Below, in pieces: positions 1-5,971 of a stretch of 64,000 nt of DNA. The first letter of the stretch is position 1, and the number at the start of each line of letters is the position of its first letter. The translations under genes and the position numbers were made by a program. Below the pieces are notes generated by a model that was given only the letters and a program-made list of their open reading frames with translations, was not told the DNA's origin and ran no database searches. Origin of the DNA: an uncultured virus (IMG/VR IMGVR_UViG_3300048009_000750) (lineage: Duplodnaviria; Heunggongvirae; Uroviricota; Caudoviricetes); the IMG/VR virus record IMGVR_UViG_3300048009_000750; one strand, 5' to 3'.

Positions 1-168
1 GAAGAGTTCCGTTCTCGGTATACGGAGCGAGCGGGTCTTGAGGGTCCATTCTTCTATGAAGGGAACCGTGTACTGTATTATGATCCACAGTGGGGTGCCT
101 ATTTAAATCCAAACACAGATACCTATCTATCATATGATGAGTATCACGAGGAGTATTCACAATGGTAA
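1..168 (+). CDS. Hypothetical early protein, 5'-truncated (...EEFRSRYTERAGLEGPFFYEGNRVLYYDPQWGAYLNP...)
   Basis: Open frame from base 1 to TAA at 166-168; same strand as the neighbouring early genes. Confidence 0.7.
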   Translation, partial: EEFRSRYTERAGLEGPFFYEGNRVLYYDPQWGAYLNPNTDTYLSYDEYHEEYSQW

Positions 169-320
169 AATTCGTTGCAATGACATTGAATTGTTTTATT
201 GTAGGAACCATAATATATCTTTATGGTGTAGAAGTTGGCAAGAATCAGCAGATTCCGGTTGACTTTCAGCAGCAGATCAACTATACTGTATATAGAGCAC
301 TTTTAGAGGGAACACAATGA
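162..320 (+). CDS. Small hypothetical protein with N-terminal hydrophobic segment (52 aa)
   Basis: GAGGAG SD upstream; ATG at 162; TGA overlaps the next ATG (ATGA 317-320). Confidence 0.55.
   Translation: MVKFVAMTLNCFIVGTIIYLYGVEVGKNQQIPVDFQQQINYTVYRALLEGTQ
259..287 (+). promoter_or_regulatory. sigma70-type early promoter
   Basis: TTGACT-17nt-TATACT. Confidence 0.75.
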
Positions 321-718
321 GTCACACATTTTTTGAAAACAATTCGAACTATCACGTAGAAGAAACACGTGAAGTGGATCAGTTCACCGTAGAGATTGCG
401 TTCGCACCAGATGACACGCAGCTGGATCTCTTGTTTGATACTGACGCTGATTACTATCCAGAGCTGATTGAGAACTTGGAGTCAGGCTTTTGGCAGCATA
501 TGATCGTTCGTGTCCAAGCCAAATACGATGGTAAGGTTATGGGTGAATCATATCTAGGCAGTTGCGTAGCAGAAGGACCTCAGGAGTGGATGTTCAATGA
601 CAGAGATCAAGTAGACGACCTTGTTGACCAAGCCGTAGACGAAGCTCGCAACGAAGCGGTTCGTATGTTAGATATCCTGAAAAAAGATTTTTTAGGGGTT
701 GACACTGTAGCAGAGTGA
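317..718 (+). CDS. Acidic hypothetical early protein
   Basis: 133-aa ORF; GAGGG at 306-310. Confidence 0.85.
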   Translation: MSHTFFENNSNYHVEETREVDQFTVEIAFAPDDTQLDLLFDTDADYYPELIENLESGFWQHMIVRVQAKYDGKVMGESYLGSCVAEGPQEWMFNDRDQVDDLVDQAVDEARNEAVRMLDILKKDFLGVDTVAE

Positions 719-727
719 TGCTATAGT
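699..727 (+). promoter_or_regulatory. sigma70-type early promoter
   Basis: TTGACA-17nt-TATAGT with extended TG. Confidence 0.85.
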
Positions 728-760
728 GTATGTATAAGTTGGCAAAGAGGGAAACAACTA

Positions 761-928
761 ATGAACGACTTATTTGAAATCGTAGAAGACTTGAAAGACA
801 TTGATACCTTTGGTAGCGATACCACAGCGTTTGAAGATATCATCACCAAGTGGGAAGCACGTTTGTCAGATGCACAAGCTGACGCAGAACGTCAATATGA
901 ATTATTTGAAATGGATGACGGAGCGTAG
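761..928 (+). CDS. Small very acidic hypothetical protein (55 aa, MNDLFEIVEDLKDIDTFGSD...)
   Basis: Own promoter; GAGGG at 747-751; ATG 761 to TAG 928. Confidence 0.75.
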   Translation: MNDLFEIVEDLKDIDTFGSDTTAFEDIITKWEARLSDAQADAERQYELFEMDDGA

Positions 929-935
929 TATAACA

Positions 936-1021
936 GCCTCCTTGGTGGAATGGTAGACACTACAGACTTAAAATCTGTTGCCTGTATAGGCGTGCCGGTT
1001 CGAGTCCGGCAGGAGGCACCA
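936..1021 (+). tRNA. tRNA-Leu (anticodon TAA)
   Basis: GCCTCCT/AGGAGGC acceptor stem; ACAGA-CTTAAAA-TCTGT anticodon arm; long variable arm; GTTCGAGTC T-loop; encoded CCA. Confidence 0.95.
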
Positions 1022-1033
1022 ACTGTTTTTGCT

Positions 1034-1111
1034 GGTCACGTAGCTCAGCTGGATTAGAGCAAGTGCCTTCTAAGCACTAGGTCGGGGGTTCGAGTCCTCC
1101 CGTGATCGCCA
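1034..1111 (+). tRNA. tRNA-Arg (anticodon TCT)
   Basis: GGTCACG/CGTGATC acceptor stem; AGTGC-CTTCTAA-GCACT anticodon arm; GTTCGAGTC T-loop; encoded CCA. Confidence 0.95.
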
Positions 1112-1126
1112 AAAGGAGTTGATAAA

Positions 1127-1291
1127 ATGGCAAGCTGTCCAAGATGTTTTAAGGAGAAAGAAATGTTCGCTACAAGATGTCCACACTGTGTGGCCGATGT
1201 ACCGATCAGCAATCAATTGAACCACAGTCTCATTACCACTATAATTGTTTGGGGCGTAATTATTATTGGATTATTATATCTTTTTGGTTGA
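1127..1291 (+). CDS. Small zinc-ribbon protein (CPRC...CPHC) with C-terminal transmembrane helix
   Basis: AGGAG SD; 54-aa ORF with two CxxC motifs and a hydrophobic tail. Confidence 0.75.
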   Translation: MASCPRCFKEKEMFATRCPHCVADVPISNQLNHSLITTIIVWGVIIIGLLYLFG

Positions 1292-1315
1292 CAATGATTA
1301 AAAAGATGCTATATT
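1288..1315 (+). promoter_or_regulatory. sigma70-type early promoter
   Basis: TTGACA-16nt-TATATT with extended TG. Confidence 0.75.
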
Positions 1316-1342
1316 AAATGTAGCAAAGGACAACAGAGGGCA

Positions 1343-2344
1343 ATGGATATGATGTTATTTGAAGAAGGCACTTTCAAGTTGAGAGGCAAAGATGTAAATG
1401 TAGCAGGGCAAACACTGCCCGTAGTCGAAGGTTATAAGGTAGGCGTTCGCGGCGGTTACGTGACTGTTGATGGTAGTGCAGTCCCCGGCTTCCCAGACAG
1501 AAAGATCAAAGTTATGGTGTCGAGTGCAGACAGTGTCAAAGATACTGGATCCGTAGCCGCCGCAGAGGCGGACAAAGAAACAGATGCAGAAGCAGTAGAA
1601 CGCATCCGTGGACGATTTAAAATGCTAGGCGAAATGACCAAAGCGGTGCGAAAAGGCGATGTACGTGCTATGATCGTATCAGGACCTCCAGGTGTTGGTA
1701 AGTCACACGGTGTAGAAGAAGTACTAGACCGATACAAAACGTTAGAACAACTAGGAGGACGCAAATCATTTGAAGTTGTCAAAGGTGCTATGTCACCTAT
1801 TGGATTATATTGTAAACTGTTCAAGATGGCAGATGCTGGTAATGTAATAGTCTTTGATGACTGTGATAGTATCTTCAACGATGAGTTGAGCTTGAATATA
1901 CTTAAAGCCGCATTGGACTCTAAGAAATCACGTAAGATCCATTGGAACACTGATTCATTCAAGTTACGCAACGAAGGTGTGCCAGATTGTTTTGACTTCA
2001 AAGCCTCAGCTATCTTTATCACCAACTTGAAGTTTGACAAAGTCAAAGGCAAGTTGCGAGAGCATTTGGATGCACTTGAGAGCCGTTGTCACTATATGGA
2101 CTTGACAATTGACTCAGAACGTGATAAAATGTTACGTATCCGTCAAGTGGTACAAGACGGTATGCTCAATGCATACAAACTCAGCGAAGAAATCAAAAAG
2201 GAGATTGTAAACTTCGTAGACGATAAAAAGAGTAGCCTAAGAGAACTATCCTTGCGCACAGTGCTCAAGGTAGCTGATCTAGCAGTAGCCTTTCCAGATG
2301 ATTGGAAGGCCTACGCAGAGAATACTGTGATGCGTCGAGCATAG
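1343..2344 (+). CDS. AAA+ family ATPase (true start may be the ATG at 1349)
   Basis: Walker A GPPGVGKS, Walker B VIVFDD, sensor-1-like FITN, arginine-finger-like ALESR. Confidence 0.9.
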   Translation: MDMMLFEEGTFKLRGKDVNVAGQTLPVVEGYKVGVRGGYVTVDGSAVPGFPDRKIKVMVSSADSVKDTGSVAAAEADKETDAEAVERIRGRFKMLGEMTKAVRKGDVRAMIVSGPPGVGKSHGVEEVLDRYKTLEQLGGRKSFEVVKGAMSPIGLYCKLFKMADAGNVIVFDDCDSIFNDELSLNILKAALDSKKSRKIHWNTDSFKLRNEGVPDCFDFKASAIFITNLKFDKVKGKLREHLDALESRCHYMDLTIDSERDKMLRIRQVVQDGMLNAYKLSEEIKKEIVNFVDDKKSSLRELSLRTVLKVADLAVAFPDDWKAYAENTVMRRA

Positions 2345-2443
2345 CCCTCATCGCTCCGCATACAGTAGGAAGCAAGCAAGCCCTCACGCTCTGCTTCCAC
2401 ATAGAAGCAGCAGGACCGCCCTCATCCTGCTGCTTCACCTTTT
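2323..2443 (+). ncRNA. Candidate triple-hairpin RNA element with GCCCUCA loops (3' end/UTR of the ATPase gene)
   Basis: Stems at 2323-2367, 2368-2398 and 2404-2436 (the last a perfect 12 bp, followed by ACCTTTT); GCCCTCA in each loop. Confidence 0.7.
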
Positions 2444-2456
2444 CTAAAATAAATGG

Positions 2457-2485
2457 TTGACACAGTGGGCATCCCGTGCTATATT
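2457..2485 (+). promoter_or_regulatory. sigma70-type early promoter
   Basis: TTGACA-17nt-TATATT with extended TG. Confidence 0.85.
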
Positions 2486-2523
2486 ATATGTATAGGGCAA
2501 CACAGTAAGAGGGAACTTACACA

Positions 2524-2721
2524 ATGGCAGACATTTGCATTTTTAACTCAGCATACCGTGACAGCGAAAAGCGTTGGATCTCAGTAGACGATGTGCGTGT
2601 AGTAACAATGAAAATGGACTACAACAACCGTCCTTATATGCTGTTCGAACACAGTGACTTTCCACTAGGCGGATTACGTGCAGACTTCAAAGACGGCAAC
2701 TGGTACTGCGATTTAGATTAA
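2524..2721 (+). CDS. Hypothetical early protein
   Basis: 65-aa ORF with own promoter; GAGGG at 2509-2513. Confidence 0.8.
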   Translation: MADICIFNSAYRDSEKRWISVDDVRVVTMKMDYNNRPYMLFEHSDFPLGGLRADFKDGNWYCDLD

Positions 2722-2728
2722 AAAGAGG

Positions 2729-2759
2729 TTGACAGTATACGGTGTATGTCGTATACTGT
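2729..2759 (+). promoter_or_regulatory. sigma70-type early promoter with embedded 10-bp inverted repeat
   Basis: TTGACA-17nt-TATACT; ACAGTATACG...CGTATACTGT. Confidence 0.85.
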
Positions 2760-2791
2760 ATATATAGGGCAAACAGACAACGAGGGTAACG

Positions 2792-3016
2792 ATGTCAACA
2801 GATTTAAAATCATCAACACAAGACGTAAGTCTTACACGCTTCTGGGCAGGCTTAGAGCAAAAGGTTCAAGTCACTACACCACGTGCAAGCAACCTAGGTC
2901 CGCTTACTACAGCAGACAAATTCTTTCAATCAGTTCAGCTTACACGTGATGAAGCTAGAACATTAGCATTAGACCTGTTTCGTTTCGCCGAAGGTCAAGA
3001 AGTGGAGGAAGTATAA
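2792..3016 (+). CDS. Hypothetical early protein
   Basis: 74-aa ORF; GAGGG at 2782-2786. Confidence 0.8.
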   Translation: MSTDLKSSTQDVSLTRFWAGLEQKVQVTTPRASNLGPLTTADKFFQSVQLTRDEARTLALDLFRFAEGQEVEEV

Positions 3017-3174
3017 TGGACTATCGTGATCGTTGTATAGAGTTGGTTGAAGATGGTATGGTTGATCCTATGATGATGTTGATCGCTGCTGTGAAGTATA
3101 TGAGTGAAGACGAAGTCAAAGAAATGCTCGAGATCAACGAACTGTTGGAGGAAGAAGATGTATGTGATTCGTGA
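3016..3174 (+). CDS. Small acidic hypothetical protein (52 aa, MDYRDRCIELVEDGMVDP...)
   Basis: GGAGG SD; TAATG coupling to the upstream gene. Confidence 0.7.
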   Translation: MDYRDRCIELVEDGMVDPMMMLIAAVKYMSEDEVKEMLEINELLEEEDVCDS

Positions 3175-3283
3175 ATACCTCACAGATCAAATCGTAGCCT
3201 ATGCGTCACGCAAGGAGGATGCGATTGCATTGATCTCACAAACCAAACCCACGGAACCCCGACTAATACTGGAGCGAATATGA
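3158..3283 (+). CDS. Small hypothetical protein (41 aa, MYVIREYLTDQIVAYASRKEDAIA...)
   Basis: GGAGG SD; ATGA overlap with the next gene. Confidence 0.6.
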   Translation: MYVIREYLTDQIVAYASRKEDAIALISQTKPTEPRLILERI

Positions 3284-3510
3284 TCAGTCAAAGACAAACC
3301 CAACAAGTAATGTATCACCTACGCTGTGCAGCAGAACGTGATCCCAATGACATTATTGCCAACGCTGCCAGCCAGCTTGCTTTTGAATTGGAAACGCCCG
3401 AACGTGTGAATCGTCTAACAGATCGGGATCGTGACTTGATACGCTATTCGGTGCGAAAAGGTTACACTCCGTTGAAATCAGGGGTTGACAAAACAGAATT
3501 CATCGTGTAG
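3280..3510 (+). CDS. Hypothetical early protein
   Basis: 76-aa ORF with GGAG SD. Confidence 0.75.
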   Translation: MISQRQTQQVMYHLRCAAERDPNDIIANAASQLAFELETPERVNRLTDRDRDLIRYSVRKGYTPLKSGVDKTEFIV

Positions 3511-3513
3511 TAT
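3485..3513 (+). promoter_or_regulatory. sigma70-type early promoter
   Basis: TTGACA-17nt-TAGTAT. Confidence 0.75.
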
Positions 3514-3548
3514 ATTAGTATAAGTTAAACAAACATAGAGGGCACACT

Positions 3549-3827
3549 ATGAAAAATCTAAAACATTACATTGATAACCGCAACCAGTGGAACAGTTTCT
3601 TTCCTAATTCAAAGACAATCACCTTTCCGTTGGATCAGAAGACAGTAGACGATCTAGCTCGTAGCCTAGACGGCGACTTGAGCCCTGAGAACCTACACTG
3701 CGATGGTGAGATTTCAGCTACACAAGCACAGAACAAATACGACTACTACGGTCGAGTGATCAAAGAGTTGGATCGCTATTGTGCAAATCAATCACTAACA
3801 ATGCCACAGGTATACGAATATTATTAA
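3549..3827 (+). CDS. Hypothetical early protein (LSPENLHCDGE motif)
   Basis: 92-aa ORF; GAGGGC at 3538-3543. Confidence 0.85.
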   Translation: MKNLKHYIDNRNQWNSFFPNSKTITFPLDQKTVDDLARSLDGDLSPENLHCDGEISATQAQNKYDYYGRVIKELDRYCANQSLTMPQVYEYY

Positions 3828-3835
3828 AAAAGAGG

Positions 3836-3866
3836 TTGACAGTATACGGCACCTGTCGTATACTGT
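3836..3866 (+). promoter_or_regulatory. sigma70-type early promoter with embedded 10-bp inverted repeat
   Basis: TTGACA-17nt-TATACT; near-copy of the promoter at 2729. Confidence 0.85.
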
Positions 3867-3902
3867 TTGTATAAGTTAAACATTGTAAGAGGGCAAAACA
3901 CA

Positions 3903-4361
3903 ATGGCATATGTATCACAGCAAGACAAAAAAGATCTAACACCAGCTATCAAGGCAGTACTCAAAAAGTATTCAATGAAAGGGAGCGTGTCAGTTCGCAA
4001 TCATTCAACATTGGTTGTCAAAGTACGTTCCGGCAGCATTGACTTTCAAGACTATGCTAATCCATACCAAGACGGATACATTGATGTGAACGTGTATCAC
4101 ATTGACTCACACTACAACGGTGTGGCACGTGCATTCCTAAACGAACTGTTGGAGGCTATGAAAGGTCCTAAGTACTTCAACAATGATGATGCGATGACAG
4201 ACTACTTCCACCGCAGCCACTACACTGACATTGAGATTGGTGCATATTCAAAACCATATGTGTTCACTGGCTGTGCTATTCCTGTAGAGCTAAGAGCAAA
4301 CCCAGCCAAGCCTGCTAACATTGTGAGCAACAACATCAACACAGATGCCATAGTATTTTAA
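3903..4361 (+). CDS. Hypothetical early protein (possibly related to polyvalent-protein-associated LPD29-like domains)
   Basis: Start reassigned to ATG 3903, after GAGGGC at 3889-3894; family resemblance from memory only. Confidence 0.8.
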   Translation: MAYVSQQDKKDLTPAIKAVLKKYSMKGSVSVRNHSTLVVKVRSGSIDFQDYANPYQDGYIDVNVYHIDSHYNGVARAFLNELLEAMKGPKYFNNDDAMTDYFHRSHYTDIEIGAYSKPYVFTGCAIPVELRANPAKPANIVSNNINTDAIVF

Positions 4362-4363
4362 GG

Positions 4364-4392
4364 TTGACAGCAAGAACGCCCTGTGTTAGTAT
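4364..4392 (+). promoter_or_regulatory. sigma70-type early promoter
   Basis: TTGACA-17nt-TAGTAT. Confidence 0.75.
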
Positions 4393-4429
4393 ACTAGCAT
4401 AGGGCAAACAAACGTAGAGGGAATACACT

Positions 4430-4711
4430 ATGACAATGATTAATACAGTACTAGATCAAATCCAACGTATGGACAACGAAGAACTCAACAGAGTAATCCA
4501 GGCAGTGAAGAGTCAGCGAACATACATTGCTAGAACAATGACACGCAAGCTGTTGGTAGGTGATACAGTCAGCTTCGAAACCAAGCGTGGCACAGTCACA
4601 GGCACAGTGCGCAAGGTCAACCCTAAGACTGTGCTGGTAAAGGACAGTGCGTCAGCTACACAGTGGAAGGTTACAGCTACACTTCTAACACCATTGAGCA
4701 TAGGAGGATAA
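4430..4711 (+). CDS. Hypothetical protein with SH3/KOW-like C-terminal domain
   Basis: LVGDTVSF...GTVRKVNPKTVLV pattern; GAGGG at 4417-4421. Confidence 0.8.
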   Translation: MTMINTVLDQIQRMDNEELNRVIQAVKSQRTYIARTMTRKLLVGDTVSFETKRGTVTGTVRKVNPKTVLVKDSASATQWKVTATLLTPLSIGG

Positions 4712-4751
4712 CGGTCGCACATAATACGCAAAGACGGCGTGTGACTAGGAG

Positions 4752-4782
4752 GAGGCAATCAGAAATGGTTGTCTCTTTTTTT
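4752..4782 (+). terminator. Rho-independent terminator closing the early region
   Basis: GAGGCAATCA-GAAA-TGGTTGTCTC followed by T7. Confidence 0.85.
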
Positions 4783-4921
4783 ATGAAAAAAAATAAATTT
4801 CTCGGGGGGTAGGCGTATAAAAAAATTTTCTTTTAAATACAAACACTTAGCTTAATGGGGTGTAGAAAAGACCACCCCAAAACTGTAAGTACTTCCCTAT
4901 AATTTTTTGCGCAGCAAATTT

Positions 4922-5083
4922 TTAACCCGCAGGACCCATTTCGGGTGGTTCATACCACGAGTCTATCCACTCAGGAGGATTTGCCATTATATCACATATG
5001 CTACAGTCTTTGACCACCATTGCAAACACCATCAGTGCTACTAGGGCAAGTATCACTACTGTAGTTCCTTTTGTATCTTCCAT
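4922..5083 (-). CDS. Small membrane protein (53 aa, MEDTKGTTVVILALVALMVF...)
   Basis: Hydrophobic helix followed by CSIC; start reassigned to ATG 5083. Confidence 0.55.
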   Translation of the reverse strand: MEDTKGTTVVILALVALMVFAMVVKDCSICDIMANPPEWIDSWYEPPEMGPAG

Positions 5084-5212
5084 AGTGTATATATTTGTAC
5101 ACCGCAAAAACCTCACCAATAACGAGTTCACGTAAGGTAAGACAAGCGAAGCGTTCTTACTTTGTGTTACGAGTTATCGAGCACTGCGAGATAGTCAACG
5201 GATATATACAGT

Positions 5213-5326
5213 ATGCACGGTACCAACGATCCACACGCTAAACGCAAGGTAATACTAATGGTAAGCATATGCGTAGGTTTACATTTTATTGTAATACCCG
5301 TGTGGATGTACTGTTTAGGATTGTAA
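5213..5326 (+). CDS. Possible small membrane peptide (37 aa)
   Basis: ATG-TAA frame encoding one hydrophobic helix. Confidence 0.4.
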   Translation: MHGTNDPHAKRKVILMVSICVGLHFIVIPVWMYCLGL

Positions 5327-5327
5327 T

Positions 5328-5402
5328 ATGGGTTCAGTGGAATTGTTAGGTTGTGCGTTTGCCGTTGCGATCATTTTAATCTTATCGGGTGTTTTTGATT
5401 AA
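5328..5402 (+). CDS. Possible small hydrophobic peptide (24 aa)
   Basis: Starts one base after the previous stop; almost entirely hydrophobic. Confidence 0.3.
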   Translation: MGSVELLGCAFAVAIILILSGVFD

Positions 5403-5410
5403 ATAACTGT

Positions 5411-5668
5411 ATGAACTCATACTTTGTACACGTACACCGAGATAATTCAGATCCATTCAATTATCCACACTTGGGTAAAGTACAGTATTTCAAAGTAGAA
5501 CTCAACTATCACGGTTTCTCAATACTAGAACATCCTGCATATCCAGGTGCACATCGTGCTAGGTTTATTGTAAGACATCATCGTGATAGTATATGGAGTT
5601 ATATACTGTTGCGCTACGACGATGTTGCTTTTAGGTATCGTAGAATCTTTCCACAAAAAATGCGCTGA
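5411..5668 (+). CDS. Hypothetical protein
   Basis: 85-aa ORF with TAAATA 5 nt upstream of the ATG. Confidence 0.6.
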   Translation: MNSYFVHVHRDNSDPFNYPHLGKVQYFKVELNYHGFSILEHPAYPGAHRARFIVRHHRDSIWSYILLRYDDVAFRYRRIFPQKMR

Positions 5669-5745
5669 ACCGCAAGCGGCTTTTGGCGGCGCTGACCTTT
5701 CAGGCTTTCGGGCTAGTGTTGAATCTTATCGCTAAATACCTCGGC

Positions 5746-5846
5746 GGCATACACTATCGGTCCCAGCGGACACTCGTCCTACGGTGAATCACATAGTGAT
5801 AGCACTACATAAATCAGCGCTGAGCGCACCTGGTGTATGCCCTTTT
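5746..5846 (+). ncRNA. Candidate structured ncRNA (four-way junction)
   Basis: GGCATACACTA/TGGTGTATGCC closing stem with three internal hairpins; TAAATA at 5733; CTTTT after the stem. Confidence 0.5.
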
Positions 5847-5876
5847 AGCTACATAGAATGACGTTAAATTCATAAC

Positions 5877-5920
5877 CGTGTCGTTAAACACCGTATGACG
5901 TGTCGTTAGTGGCCGTATGA
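5877..5920. repeat. Two tandem 22-bp repeats CGTGTCGTTA-N4-CCGTATGA
   Basis: Units at 5877-5898 and 5899-5920 differ only in the 4 central bases. Confidence 0.8.
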
Positions 5921-5971
5921 CACGGTTGTTTTAAAATTGTTTTAGTATATGTGAATAGTACTGTGTATGCT

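Noticed and set aside
2323..2443. CRISPR mini-array (motif recurring every 36-38 nt)
   Set aside because: The repeated element is only 7 nt and sits in hairpin loops; there are no 25-40-nt direct repeats and no cas genes
2746..2949. ORF 2746-2949
   Set aside because: It starts inside the promoter with no SD; the overlapping frame 2792-3016 has the GAGGG leader
4836..4850. IHF site (ATACAAACACTTA)
   Set aside because: Two mismatches to WATCAANNNNTTR in AT-rich sequence; too weak on its own
5746..5846. tRNA gene or hammerhead ribozyme
   Set aside because: No TTCRA T-loop, no 7-nt anticodon loop or CCA end, and no CUGANGA/GAAA core on either strand
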